From contig NMRA01000644.1 of assembly GCA_002633005.1 (NCBI GenBank), positions 83,735 to 147,734 of the forward strand: a DNA stretch of 64,000 bases, written 5' to 3'. Positions 27,099-41,200 of the stretch are shown piece after piece (the stretch's first letter is position 1; every line of letters begins with the position of its first letter). The notes below the pieces were generated by a model. That model saw nothing but the letters and a program-made list of their open reading frames with translations, had not been told where the DNA came from and did no database searches. The translations under genes were made by a program, and so were the position numbers. The DNA is from Phoronis australis (lineage: Eukaryota > Animalia > Phoronida).

Positions 27099-30000
27099 AT
27101 CGGTCAATTATGTAAATAGCCTTACACTTTCCATTGATTTTTAGGGCTCTAGGTGAATAGATTTAAAATGTTTATAAATGGAACGAGGAGTTGAGCCTAA
27201 GATATGGAGAAAACAGGTAGAAACCGAAGGTGGATTAGTTGCTCGCTGACGTACAGAGTCATTTACCCTCGACCATAGATTCAAGTGTAGGAAGTTTAAC
27301 GGAAGTCATTAAATTATTCGCAGCGGACATGTTAAAAACAAAAGTGAACATATCTTATAACCCAGTTAATAGTTTTCCCAAATGGTTTGACGCTGATTGT
27401 AGGGAAATGAGAGTAGTTGTTAGGCAAAAATAAAGTAATTTTAGATTCAGTATTGGAACACAGAGAGAAAACTATATACATGTACATGTATGTACATGCT
27501 ATAATGGATTATGGAAATTTAAAAAAATGAAACAGATAGAGTGTAACAAAAAACATTACAAAAATTTGAAATCAGCTGTGGAGAGTAAAGACAGTAAAAA
27601 ATTCGGGCGCATATTTAATATTAGGAAGAAAAGTATATCGACTAATATTACTTCAGCTCTCTGTTTGAAGGCAACTATTTTGTTTCTAATCCGGAGTTCG
27701 CTGAATTACATGCTTTTATTGAGAACTCAGTAAAAAATGACATCAATCCAAGTAATGCAATTGTTGATATGGAGATGGACGCTGAGATCACAGAAGACGA
27801 AAGTATACAAACCATCGGTAGTATGAAAGACGGCACTTCGCCAGGATGTGATAAAATTAGCATTGAGTTCTACAAGTATGCTGATAAAAAGTTGGTAGAT
27901 TCGCTGTTCCACCTATACAACTATTTTTTAAATGGTGTGTTTCCAAAAGAATGGACAAAATCCATTAAAGTACTGGTATTTAAGGGCGGTGCCAAAATTC
28001 CTTATGCAAGTCACAGCCAAAATATTCGAAAAATATTGTGCCAGCGACCTCAAAAATGGTTGGAAAGAGAAAACGTAATTAGTATGTCTCAAGATGTGTT
28101 TATAGTCAGCGGGCCAGATCTCATAGCGTTCATCCTTGTGAGTACTTTGGGGGGGGGGGCAACCTAGTTTTTCTATGAGGCTAGATAATATACCTATAAA
28201 CCAAATTCCAAAAAGTTCCCATGTCTACACTTGCACATTTTTTTAAAAAAGGTGTTTTTGTTGCACAAAATATGATGCACATTCCTGCNTAATCCTATGG
28301 CGTTATACTGTGGGTGGGATTTTAAAGCACCTTAAGTCAAAAATTTTTGAGAAGGTTAAATGGAATAGATTGTTGCAAACAACATGCCCAAATTAATTAC
28401 TTAGGTAGCTGCAATGATAATTAAATTAAAGTGCCTAAGTGGCCATCGTCGCCATCGAAATTTGAGGACGATGGAAGCCACTGTTCATTTCGTCAAACGT
28501 CGATTACCTTAAGTGTAAATTGATTTACTATGGTTTGAGCATCTGATTTAAAAAAAAATTAAACTTCAATCACTGCACTGGTATATCAGCTGATTTATTT
28601 TCAGTTGCATCAACTGATCTAACTATTAGACGATCAACATTATTAGGCGACAGATCAGACAGCATGTAAATTTGTTAGGCTGGTGGTGGATCAGTTCCTG
28701 ATAAGTCCGTCTGAAAAAGTTGCATGCCAACTCACTCATAGTTGAATGTTAAATTAGTGTTAACAGTTCGGATATTTTTCAGTTGGACTTGTATCGCAAG
28801 CAACAGCTCAGTCCAGAGCCCTGAATATGCAAATGAAATTCAAAGATAAAGACCTTGTGGTGCTTTCCTGGATTTTATAGCAGCTAATGACAGTATATTA
28901 TACGGAAGCGCATTACATTTTAAATTAAAGAACAATAGCATAGAACTTAAGGTGTTATGTATAAGATAATCAAAGCAATGTACGCTTAAGTAAAACCGTA
29001 CGTGAGATTGAATAACGGGAGGTACACGGAGTTCTTTGATTGTCATAATTACACTGTATCTAAAACAAGGCTCTCAGCTATCACCGTTTTGTTTATATTA
29101 TTCATAAACGATATCGGGCAAGAATTAGAATAAGGTGGCGGTGAAAAATTTTCCGTGGGATAAGATGAACTATTGCATCTGTTGTTTGCTGATTATTTTG
29201 ATTTTATTTTCTTATAGATTGAAAGGGCTGCAGAAAAAAATTGAACATTTTGTATGAGTATTGTCAGAAATGGAAATCGATTGTTAACATGTCGAATACT
29301 AAGATAATTGTTTTCAGTAAGGTAGAATGTTACGATCGTATAAAAAATGAACGTATCACGGGAAAACTGTTAATATTATAAATGCATATAAATATTTAGG
29401 ATTACTGTTTACGGCAAAAGGTTCGTGGTGTTGCGCACAGAAAACTATCATTACAGGCTACTAAAGCAGAGAATTTAATGAGGAAAAATGTCAACGGTTT
29501 TAATGCACACCGTGTTAAAGTTAGTTTGAAATTATTCGATTGTAAAATATTGCCGATATTTCATTATGGCTGTGAGATCTGGGGTTTTAGTGATTGCGAA
29601 TGTGGTGAAATAGTCCACAAAATTTTTTAAAGAAATTTTGATTTTGTCTAGCACGGCAATTTCGTCGACTGTTAGAGGTGAGTTGGGTCGTTACTCCTTG
29701 AGTGCTTATCGACTTCCTAGAATTATGAAATATTGGTTAAAACTATTAAAAACCGATGCTTAAAAAATTACATATCATTGCTAAGAATGGCAATATAATA
29801 TGACGGATAATGCTGATAAACCATGTTGGGTTAATGATGTTAAGAAATTACTATTTTAGTTTGGTTTTGGAGAAGCATGGTACAATCAGGGTGTAGGTTC
29901 CGAGACAAGCTCCAAATCACTTTTGAAAGTAAGATACAAAGATATTGATCAGCAAAATGGCAAGAAATTTTGAACAATTCGATAAAGTTGGAAACTTACA

Positions 30001-30320
30001 GATCATTTAAGTTAAATATATGTTTTGAAAACTATAGACGTAATTGACAATGTAAATGTTAGATCTGATATAGTAAGATTAAGATGTTCAGCGCATGCAC
30101 TAATGATTCGAAATGGTAGACACTTGAAACTTAGCAGATCAGAAATGTTATGTCCTCTCTGTATTAGGACATATGTCGAGTCAGGACATCACTGTGTTAC
30201 CGAATGTTCATTCTACGATTACCATAGGAGATGGTATTTGCCTGCATGGAGCTACAACAATCCCAATGTTACAAAATTCAACAGACTCATGACTGTGGAG
30301 GAAAAAGACCTTATATGATC
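27099..30320 (+). pseudogene. LINE ORF2 remainder: linker, reverse transcriptase and C-terminal Cys/His region (many stops/frameshifts)
   Basis: PKWFD, SPGCDKISIEFYK, FPKEW..VFKGG, AFLDF..A.DS, KQGSQLSP..LFIND, LLFAD, KYLG, HYGCEIWG, RGELG, RLRCSAH..CPLC..H.V.EC. Confidence 0.9.
28110..28823. mobile_element. ~0.7-kb insertion interrupting the RT domain (possible hAT-like end gtccagagccctg)
   Basis: RT motifs stop after ..SQDVF (~28100) and resume at ~28830-28890 (AFLDF). Left boundary is uncertain and no TSD was found. Confidence 0.5.
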
Positions 30321-30439
30321 AACATGTAAATATGCTCATTTCGCATTCAAGCGAAAAGAACTCAGTTTACTTCTAGTGTACGACACTTACCTTTATTGCA
30401 TTTGATGATTTGATTGTAACAAGGGCCGGAGGCCTAGTT

Positions 30440-30489
<50 letters not shown>

Positions 30490-31197
30490 TTTGTATTATT
30501 AGATAAGCCTGAAATATCTCTCAAATAAACGGAGTCAATAAAATAATTTCAGTCAAACCTCCTTAATGATACCAACACGAAGATGTGAACCAATACACCA
30601 CAGCAAGGCATTGAGCAGTCTGTGTTATTCACTACTAATTTACAGACTGCTACCGTCCAAAGAAAACCCTGATTCAATGAAAATTGAGTGTTCTGTTTGA
30701 TTTAACGAATCCAATCAATTACTCGTTTATAATTTTCTAGTAATAGTTGTGAATAATCGTACAGGTGAGCGAACATTGCGACGGACAGTAACTCACTGTT
30801 TAGATTAAAAACAATTATCGTCGTGAATAAAATCCCCAATGGGGCCTACATCAAAACTGTGGGAACTGTAGCTAGGACCACACGATAACTTCTAACAATT
30901 CGTGACTCAGATTTTTGTACAATTCATCCAGAAAATTCAAAAACTATGAGCGAGGTAGTAGTAGACGACAAATAATGCTGGCCTGTAGGCTACTACATTC
31001 TGGCAGGGGGCATTAATCTTATTGTTTTTCTACCCAGTTCACTTAAATTCATAGCACACTTAAATCGTGGGTGATATACTAACGTGTCGCATTGCCAAGG
31101 GAACTATTTTTTACCTTTATTCGAACGATTCTGACCAGAATCGAGTTAACGCCGTCTTGCTACTGTCCACGGCCCCCGACGTGAGCTCCCACCAGTA

Positions 31198-33037
31198 TAG
31201 TCAGATTCACTATGTCCAAATTTTGATATTCGTTGAAATTTTGGGGGGAAAGTGGAAACTATACATTTTTTGGAAACCTCAAGAAATGACGAATTAGGGA
31301 ATAATTGATTCCATTTTGGTGGCCATCTTGGCGACCATCATGGATTTTCAAAAATGGCGCCGGTAAACTAGATTTTGCCCAGTATAACCGCCCTTGAGTC
31401 AGAACATCCCGATGAGCCGTATCCTTTCCCATGACCAAAAAAGGCTCAACTTACTGAAGACCTGTCTGCAAATACACTTGAATATAATAAATACTCTGCC
31501 AAGATAGCCATTACTTCAGCTTCAGGATTCACAAAGAGCAACCGACGTGATCTACGCTTAGAAGAAAAGGATGACAAAAAATTAGATATATTGCTAATAG
31601 ACTGTACACATCATGCAGGTCTGGCATCACATCAAAAGGTCCCTGATTCTCAGCTGATGTATTTTTTCACCTGACATAGATTTACTGGTACTTTTCATTG
31701 CCTATTATGACAGGCTTCTCAGAAATACTTCAGTCCCCATTGCATCTGGGATTGTGGACGTGAATCCAATGTCGACAATATTAGGTGCTGTCCGAGCAAA
31801 GGCTCTGCCTGCTTTCCATGCTTTTACCTGAACACTGTAGGTTGAATATATATTTGAAGGCAAACACTGGTGATATCAATGCACCACAGACTTTTTGTAA
31901 TGTTCATGAAGTAACAGGTGAACTTCTTTTCACATTAGTCCCCTTTACATGTGCATACTCACCACAGGATCTAGACACAAATAGCATCCCAGAGCTGAGA
32001 TAGTACCTCTTCAGTAAACCAATGGTTGACAGCGACAAACAACCACTAACCATTGGTGCTTTGAAACAGCATGTGGTGAGAGTGTTTATTCAAGCCAGAG
32101 TGTGGGGCCAGACAATCATTGCTCGACAGGAGTTCTTTGGCCCAGTGCAGAATAAATTTACAAGGACAAAGATGACCAGCTGCGGAAACCCTCACAATTG
32201 AGGAGCTTAGCTTCCAGCACCAGAGGCTTTCATTGAGAAGGTAACATGCCCGTGCAAAGATGCTCTTGCCGATCAAAGGCCTACCTTACACACATCTATG
32301 TCAGTATTCAGTAGTGCAGAATGTCAGAATGCTGATGATGATGTGATTCCTGATGACAGTGATGGCTATTTAGTAATGATCTATGGACTTATTTCAAAGT
32401 TTTGAAATACTATTGACACTACAAAAAACATACATTCATGTTCTTCAAACGTAAATAAATTGTTTCAGGTACTGATTCAATTTAAGTGTTTTAAAGGAAA
32501 CAAGCTCCGAACAAAATATACAAGAAAATAAGATGGTGATCATGTGTGTAGGATTACAGGAATAATGCATTTAGAAAATGTAGCTGCTAATAAATGGGGA
32601 TTTGGTTATCTTTTTCATTTAATAAGTTGCATTTTCAGATTTCTTGACCACAAAAGTGTGGGTGCAGCCATTAAAACTAACATTCTAAGTGACCCAAGAG
32701 CAAAGATACTGAAGAAAATGTATTTTACGGGCGCCAATTTAAAAAATCCAAAATGGCCACCAAGATGGCCGCCAATAAAATTAAACTTTCCACTTCCTTG
32801 ACCTGACAAATGCAGGTGTAGCCATAAAAACGAACATTCTAAGTGACCCAGAGACGTATATTTTGGGCAAAATCCACTCTACCGGCACCATTTTTGAAAA
32901 TCCAAGATTGCCGCCGAGATGGCCACCAAAAATGGAATCAATTATTTTCTGATTTTTCATTCCATGAGGTTTCCAAAAATGTATAGTTTCCACTTTCCCC
33001 CAAAAATTCCAACAAAATTATACCACAAAAATGACTA
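31198..33037 (+). mobile_element. Academ (AcademX-type) internally deleted DNA transposon
   Basis: Long imperfect TIRs (~190 bp, tagtca... / ...tgacta, e.g. gggggaaagtggaaactatacattt vs aaatgtatagtttccactttcccc). Internal remnants SPDIDLLVL, ALPAFHAFT, TIGALKQHVVR..QARVW and GLPYTHLC match the XPG-like and Cys-rich C-terminus of Academ transposases. No clean TSD. Confidence 0.7.
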
Positions 33038-33700
33038 TGTTTCTCAATTGGTAGCACTGCCCTTATGTGAAATTCATCACCACGTATATCTCGTTAAACG
33101 TCTTAAAAGACGGTGGCCGAAGCAGTGGACTCCTGTATTTCCAAAATGATATACGTTAGGTTTGGTTTGCACTGTATGTAGAAAACAATATAGCAAACTT
33201 ACATGCATGGAGCCAATGAATGCACAAAGGTTCATCTCTGCATTTCTGCCTATTCTTGCGAACTAGAAATTCATTAGCTAATGCAACTGACCCTAATAGT
33301 AAAATTATATGGCCCGAGTTGCCTTCCGTCAAGATAAGACGCTTGCAAATAAGGTTGGCGATACCACGTGCTCCGTTTACATGGCGATATCACAAGAAAA
33401 CTTACGTGATATTGCGTTATTGCGACTATCTTAAGGATTCGTAACGCAGTTCTTTACTCTAATCATCGCGTGGAACCAGAGGCAAGTCCCCGTGTTGGTG
33501 AACTACTTTCCGTTCTCGATCTTTTCAGAAGTTAAAACGAGGGACTTTGCGTCGTTATCACCACCGGGACACTTAATGAGTAGCCCATCGGAATACCTCC
33601 CAAGTGTTTTGTAGTGTGAAGAGTGTGATATAAGAAAACGTCTTTTCACCTTTGAGCCAGGTCTTCATATGACACTGTGCTTTTTGATGAATTTCTTCTA

Positions 33701-33805
33701 GGTGCCTAAATGTTCCTGATGATTTGCTTGTGTGGTTTCAAGGCTGCAAAATTAAGAAGTCTTCACTCTTAGGTTGTGTGACCGCCATTAAAAAGTGGCT
33801 CAAAA
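33701..33805 (+). other. Candidate isolated exon (CLNVPDDLLVWFQGCKIKKSSLLGCVTAIKKWLK)
   Basis: Open frame bounded by ttcttctag| and |gtaagt; no recognisable domain. Confidence 0.25.
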
Positions 33806-35299
33806 GTAAGTACATATTTCAACAATTTTCTGGATTTAGGGTGTTTATCATGAAATTTACAATTTTCTTTATCGACTTTTATCCGTGTAGTACACGTTTA
33901 ATTGACAGTGTTTATTGGAGTTTTTTCAAAAGTAATCATACATGTACCTCAGTCAAAATAAATTTAAATTGTATGATAAGAAATGAAACGGTACAGACAC
34001 GTTCTTTATTTTCATTAAATCAATTGATTTGATTGAAGCTATGTAATTTTTGCGTGCAAAAATTCGTGCAACGATATAACATCAGCATCAGTTATTCTCA
34101 AACAGTGGCACAAGGTGGAGCTGGTTAGCCTGTTCTACGACCTTTATTCAAAGTTTGGCTTTCCACAGGTAAAGATGTAGCATATATTTCTTTATTAATC
34201 CAAACCTGGAAAGCGTTCCTTAGAGGTACACACAAATCTTTGCATATAAAACGAAAAGGGTGAATTTTATCCCGTAATGCAACAATCCAGGCTCACCGAA
34301 CATTCACTTCAGTGACCGCCATTGTGATAGAGTAAAATATAGAGCGTACTCGTGAAACTTTTGCCTTTCACTTACGGGATTTTGCTTCCTGTTGCAAGTG
34401 TATTGTGTCTAAGCAATATAGCCTTATTCAACAATAAATGATTAAATTCACTCCTGGGATGAAGGCCTTTGAAAAAAGGTTATCGGTGAGTGAGTTTCCT
34501 GTTTTAGTGACTGTTAGGGATGAAAACGTTCAAGAACTAGGATAAATGTATTGTAAGTACTGTAAAAGTTGTTTTTGTTTTGTTTTGTTTTTGAAGCGTA
34601 TCTACGGATTGAGAGAGCAGTTTTTATCCAATAAAATGCAGTTCTCACTCGCTAGATAATGCAGCGTTTTCAAACTAATGACTATGTGTAAAAATGAACG
34701 ATTTCCCTTCCATATCCTAATCCAATTTTAAATTAGCCAAAGTCGAAGTATTTTCCACAGCCAAGTACGTCTCCGATACAGTTGGACAAGAAGCACACAC
34801 AGTGTGATTATTTAGCAATAGATTCACGCCTACCAGTTTTATTTGTTTCTATTTCGAATCACTACTGAACTGTGTCAGTAGCATCATCTTCAAAAACTGC
34901 ACCAATCATAAAATGCGTTTTACCGCATGACGGAAACCAATATTTGCCTATGATATCTGGCATAAGAGTTTTGAACAGAAATAGGACAATTAACAATTAT
35001 TGTCTGTGTTAATTTTCATATTATGCTAAACATTTGCCGTATATGTCGAAGTCAATTCAGCGTTTCTTCTCTTCAACAGAATGTAAAAATAGCAGTGGTC
35101 GCATTCACGAGCGGAACGACGAGTGGGTGGAGACCGTGGGCGGGGTTACGTTTGACTGTGTGTACACCCCCAACGAATTCGATGATTCCTTCTCTGAACC
35201 AATTGCCACTAAAGTTGTACAAGAAAATCCCACCGCGGGGAATCTGAAAACGACAAGGTATAAACTTTTTAGTCGCTTAGTATCATGGTGTGGGAACCT

Positions 35300-35370
35300 G
35301 TGGCCGGTTGCATGAAACAGTCCCAAATAGGGACTCAACTAAGGTCCCAAAGTCTTTTTGGGTATTTGTG
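35300..35370 (+). mobile_element. Solo end of the Harbinger-like MITE family seen at 61936-62341
   Basis: gtggccggttgcatgaaacagtcccaaatagggactcaactaag matches the TIRs of the 62-kb copy. Confidence 0.6.
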
Positions 35371-35677
35371 TCTTTATGGACTCACAGATGCAATATTTTC
35401 TATCATTACCTGTTGACAATTCGACCAGCCAATAGGAATGCCGGTGTACTAAAATTTCCAGTGGAAAATGAAATGATACCTGCGTGTCCTCTATCCCCTT
35501 AGCGGACACTCAAAAACCAGCGAGGATAATTTGTTTGCTGTCTTGCCATAAAAAAACACGAGACGGACATTGAAACTGGTCGTTACTTAATTGACGGCAT
35601 TTCCAAATCACAGGCAGGGGTACCTACCCGCGACGGAGTGCAATATTGTCGGTCATATTGTAATAGGCCAGTCAGGA

Positions 35678-35796
35678 CATCTTGCATGAAAAATATTTAT
35701 TTTTCATGCAAGATGCAAAATGTCACACACTCGTTGATTCCTGTGATGAAAAATATTTATTTTTCATCACAGGAATCAACGAGTGTGTGACATTTT
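35678..35796. repeat. Two adjacent perfect palindromes (18-bp and 39-bp arms) sharing the same centre
   Basis: Arms 35678-35695/35698-35715 and 35717-35755/35758-35796, each with a TT loop inside atgaaaaata-tt-tatttttcat. Confidence 0.95.
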
Positions 35797-36660
35797 ATGA
35801 CATACTTATGCCGTGATCCCAATTTTTTCGGGGCATCCAAAAATTTGCAATCGTAGCCGAAAACGCTAGCCAATGAAACGCGTCAAAGATCGGTTCTGAT
35901 TATTATCCCATGTTCCCGCGCCATCTGTTCTCTGTTAGTGTTGAACGGGATAAGGCAACAACCAAATAACGGCCTGATTCGCACGATGAGTTTGCCAGGT
36001 ATCAACTAGGCTCCAAAAACTGGGCTGGCGTACGTGATAAATTCCAAGCCGCATGTTGCTACTTGATACGAGATGACCAAAGTCTCGGCTCGAAATACCA
36101 AATTTTAGGTCAAAAATGTGACCTGCAGATCCTTATGTCGAGAGTTCAGTCCTGATTGATTTCAAACGACACGTTAAACTTTCGCGTACTCGGTAAGTGC
36201 GAATTGCTGGATAGAGCTGGTCACTAATTAAGTCGTGTAGCAAACCGATTTTGTCTACAAGTTATTTCTTACCGACTGTACGGGTTCACTAGACTTATCC
36301 CCAGTCAGAGTAATTGATGTAAAAAATACTAAGCAAATACTTTTTGTTGAGTAATGCCTTTGCAGTAGCTTTTGGTTGGCGACTGGCTCATGTCCGCTTG
36401 CCTCCGATTCGTGTAATTCATCGCCTGATGTGTTTTACGCAACAACAAGCGAGCGGCACCGGGCGCATTTGACAGCCGCACTAAACCTTACGCTGGCAAT
36501 TCATTGAGTCATGGAATCTCGAAGAAAAACATTTCCAAATACAAAAAAACACACCTAGATTAGTTTTCCAACCATTCATTTCGTCAAACAACAAATTAGT
36601 CAGTGCTCTGTGACTCAAAACTTGACAACTAATTAATACGCGCACAATTCTACTCATGTC

Positions 36661-36815
36661 CATGGGCGGCGTACCATAGGGATATGGAAGGACCTATAGC
36701 CCCCCACTTATTTCAGTTGACATGGGCGACGCACCGCAAAAGGGGCTGTGGGGCTATGGCCCCATCCCCCAACCCTCCCTCCCCACCCTGCTTATTTCAG
36801 TGCTGCGCCGCTAAT
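36661..36815. mobile_element. Small GC-rich MITE (catgggcg...) with a partially duplicated 5' part; related copy at 44710-44780
   Basis: catgggcg at 36661 and 36721; shared cttatttcagt(gctg) motif, found reverse-complemented in 44710-44780. Confidence 0.5.
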
Positions 36816-38215
36816 GATGTCGCGGGACTGTAAATATATAATTTAACCTATGATGTAACCTCTGCAAAACGTGAAGTTTGCACGCGCACACTTCTGCACT
36901 GTTTCCGTGTGAGAAAAGTTACAATCCAAGCGGAGCGCTGCCTGGTGACTGGTCGTCTGTGCACTGCAGTTGCCGGAAATACACAATGTAGCTCTAAGAA
37001 GACCGCACGGTATTAATACTTTGCAATTTTGTGAATTCATTCATGAAGGCCTAATCTCAGGGCAACAGAAACTTTGTTTGGAAAATCCACTGTTGTGGCA
37101 TTTTTACCGTCATTTGGCGACACACTGGAAAATCTTATTACCATTTTCACATTTGCTGTCGGCAAATATGACGACCAGTCGAGAAAAACAACTTTTTGAG
37201 CTCTATACTAGCATAGTATAGCAAATCACAGATTCCGATTTCTCGAATAGAATTGGCGGTAATTAATTTTTGTTCTTTTATAAGAATAGAATTTTCATTT
37301 TACCTATCGAAAAGGCGTGAACGAAATACTTTTCCTTCACAAATACAGGTATTCGTACGAACTATTTTTCCCTCGGACTCCTACTGTCCTAAGTATCAGA
37401 GATATTACGCCATGTTTCAAGAATCATGTACGAACCAATGGAGTGTACGAACTAATAGAGAAAAGACTCTGAAAGAATTTAATGCTTTGATATTGACTGA
37501 AATTACGAATAAAACCTAAAAACACCTGGTGAACATTTTGAATTCTGTTTCAGTGGCAGATAACCACCCTTATTATTGCTATATACATTAGTTTATTTAT
37601 CGCGTTCCAGGTCCATGCAGCATTATAAAAAGAGCACTTTCTACCGATTTGGATCTGGCAGCACACATCAGTCCGTAATCAATATGTAGGCTAAATTATC
37701 ACTTTAATAGATTAGCATGCCTTTATCTTAAGGTTGCGCTCGTCCAGGCAGACTTCACATGAATTACGGCGAGACGTATTACGAGGTACGTGATGGCGAA
37801 AGATACAAGTGCACTTGAGCCAAAGGACCAGATCTCCAGTTACCGAATGACACGTCCCATTCGCACATTAAATTCTGATTGTTCAATAGCAAACATTCCG
37901 AGTTTTCACGTTGACTTGTAAAGAATGAATAGCAAACATTAACAGTGATGTGAAGAATGTTTGACTTTTTATGTGCTCTGTAACTCCAAAACTTGATTCG
38001 GCTTGCGTGTCAGTGTGCAACATTTGAATCAAAGTGACTGAAATATATGAACATAACAAGCGGCTATAAAGCTGTTTTCAAAAAGGATGTACTTTAGCCA
38101 GATACAGAATTCATTTAAAGACAAGAGGTGTTCTAGCTATTGGTCTGTGGTCCAGCGGATGAATATCAAAATAACAGTAGAAAGTGCCGGTATCGTCATC
38201 TTCAAGACACGTTAA

Positions 38216-41200
38216 AGGAGAATGCCACTCGATTTAATTAGTGTTTTATATCGTCTTAATCGGTCTATATCCACATAGCCTCTTACACAGTCAACCTCAC
38301 CTTGCAAAGAGGTGTCGCGTTAAAGGAGAATGCCACCCAAAAAACAACCTATTTTGTATAAATTTAGATCGAGTAGTTCTACTCGATAACGGCAGGCTCG
38401 GTTGCGTTACCTGACATCTGACGGCAGAGGGAGGTACTGAAATTATCCAATGACGTCATTGTTTTCGCACGCAGACTGCTCAGCAGTTCGCAACACGGGT
38501 TATTGGTGTAAGCTTAACGCTTAAATTCATCGTTTAACACCATTAAATCATCAAACTTCGATGTAAAACCCTTAAAAATACACCAAGTTCTTATACAAAC
38601 GTGCTGTTTCAGTTTGCTGTTACGGATTTATTGGTATTTGGACAAACCGTAGCCTACAAAATTCGAAACGCCAATTTACCAAGGTCCGTAGCAGGAGTTT
38701 GCGGTCTGTTCGGAGATAAATTCTTCAATGAAATACAGACAGGAGAACCTAGATCTGTGTTGTTTATACTTGCGATTTTATTTTTTGACTAAACACACAA
38801 AACGCTTGTTCTCCCGGTCAATGGCTCGGAATTCGATCAGGCCCGTCGCGGCCGGACTGACTCGTTATCCCGGCCAGTGGCTCGGAACCCGATCAGGCGC
38901 GTCGCAGCCGCCGGAAGTGGCACGAACATAAACCAGCTTGAGTTGGAAACTAAACCTACAGACATGAAAATACTATAATAGTGAGCCAAAGAAATAATGT
39001 GCACGTAATTATTTATGTGAATTAGCCACGAAACTGAAAATCTACTTGTCAGGGGCAGCGAAGTCGGATTCCCTTTCCACAGACCGTCAGGGCAAAGGTT
39101 GTACAGTTACAATGATTTGAATAACGTATTTGTATTTCTAAATAAAGATTCCCTTAACATATGACAATAGCACCGAGTAATTGCTTCATAACAGCTTTCT
39201 GTCAGCAAACACTGAATTAGCATGCGCTCACACGGCCTCGGTGCCCTCTCAATTAATTACCTTTGTTGCCGGCATCAAAAGCCGGTAACGCAGTGGTTTA
39301 TTCATTGCTGGCTTCTCAAAACATTTGCACTCACGAGCACACCAAGGCATTACAAATTGTATCTAATGAGACAGACTTTGTTTCAGTTTCATATAAGCAT
39401 TGGTAAGGATCATTCTAGGATGAGAATAATTCATTTTGAAACAGAATGCAGAATAATAAACGTCTGCACATACATGTAGCATGGCAACTCGCCCGGCGCC
39501 AATCCCGACTTAGTCAAGAGCTCATCCGACGAAGACTTCACGGGTCAGATCGTTAGGTTTCACAGGATATCAGTTCGAACCGGAATACACTGATCAAGAA
39601 ACACTAGAGAGTTGCCGTGAACATGCGCAGGAAACGGGACGTATGGATACTTCTTTGGTAAGCCGGAATTCGTCACAGAAATCACTTTCGACGAAATGCC
39701 GGCCACAGACACGGACACTGTTTCACGGCCTCATACTTGCTATTAACAGTGAACCTTTTATTCTCCACTACCACGACCCACTTCCTAAGCATTTCGGGGT
39801 CTCGAGGAAGTCGAAAAAACGATATACCCGCTTTCTTCGCAGCTTCATAGCTCGGACAAGCCGGAACCGATGCACCGCAATATAGCGGAATTCACTCTGC
39901 AGGCGAACAATTGACGTCACTGCGTCGCTTCTCACCTTCCTCACAGGTTGACGCGACACCTCTCGGCAAGGTGAGGTCTACCGTATCAGAGGCGATGTGG
40001 ATATAGACCGATTAAGACGGTAAAAAGTCTAATTAAATCGGGTGGCATTCTCCTTTAACCTGTGAGGAATTTGAGAAACGACGCAGCGACGTCAGTTGTT
40101 CGTCTGCAGAGTGAATGCCGCTATATTGGTGTGCATCGTTTCTGCTTGTCCGAACTATGAAGCTGCGAAGAAAGCGGGTATACCGTTTTTTCGACTTCCT
40201 CGATGCCCCGAAATGCTTAGGAAGTGGCTCGCGGTAGTGAAGAATGAAAGGTAACGCTGTTAATAGCAAGTATGAGGCAGTGAAACATCTCCGTGTCTGT
40301 GGCCGTCATTTCGTCGACAGTGATTTCTGTGACAAATTCCGGCTTACCAAAGAGCTATCCATACGTTCCGTTGCCTGTGCATGTTCACGGCGCCTCTCTA
40401 GTATTTCTTGATCATTGTATTCCGGTTCGAACTGATAGCCTGTGAATGACCTAACCACCCGACCAGTGAAGTCTTCTTCAGATGAGTTCTTGACTAAGTC
40501 GGGATTGGCCGGGCGAGTTGCCATATACATGTAGACGTTTATTATTCTGCGTTCTGTTTCAAAATGAATTATTCTCATTCTAACCAATGCTTATATGAAA
40601 CTGAAACAAAGTCTGTCTCATTAGATACAACGCGTAATGCCTTGGATTGCTCGTGAGTGCAAATGCTTTTAGAAGCCAGCAATGAACAAACCACTGCGTT
40701 ACCGGCTTTTGATGCTGGCAACAAAGGTAATTGACTGGGCACCGAGGCCGTTGGAGCGCATGCTAATAGCGGATTTGCAGCGCAAACGAACTACGCATTG
40801 CGCATGTGCGAGTTACTTCCTGCGCGAAGGCTCATGGGATAGCTTGTGGTCAGGCATGTCTTGAGCAGGCTGGATAGTGTGTGCATTTGGAGTCATTTGC
40901 AAACTAAAAACCACGTTTCATTTTTTGCTTTATAATACCAAGCAAGTCCTCTCTCTCGTTTGTAAACACAGCGTAGCTATAGTCAGTGACCGTGTGACCG
41001 AGGNAAATAAAACAACACGTTTTTATAAGAACTCGGTGTATTTTTAAGGGTTTTACATCGAAGTTTGATGATTTATTGGTGTTAAACGATGAATTCAAGC
41101 GATAAGCGGACACCACTGTTGTGAACTGCTGAACGTACTGCGTGTGAAACCAATTACGTCATTGGATAATTTCAACACCTCCGTCTGCCGTCAGGTGTCA

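Larger units (their letters stand above)
16100..30490 (+). mobile_element. Decayed near full-length non-LTR retrotransposon (L2/Daphne/CR1 group) interrupted by three insertions
   Basis: ORF1, APE endonuclease, RT and a C-terminal Cys/His region occur in colinear order. The 3' end has a gggccggaggcc hairpin and a (TA)n tail at ~30445-30490. The 5' boundary is approximate. Confidence 0.85.
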
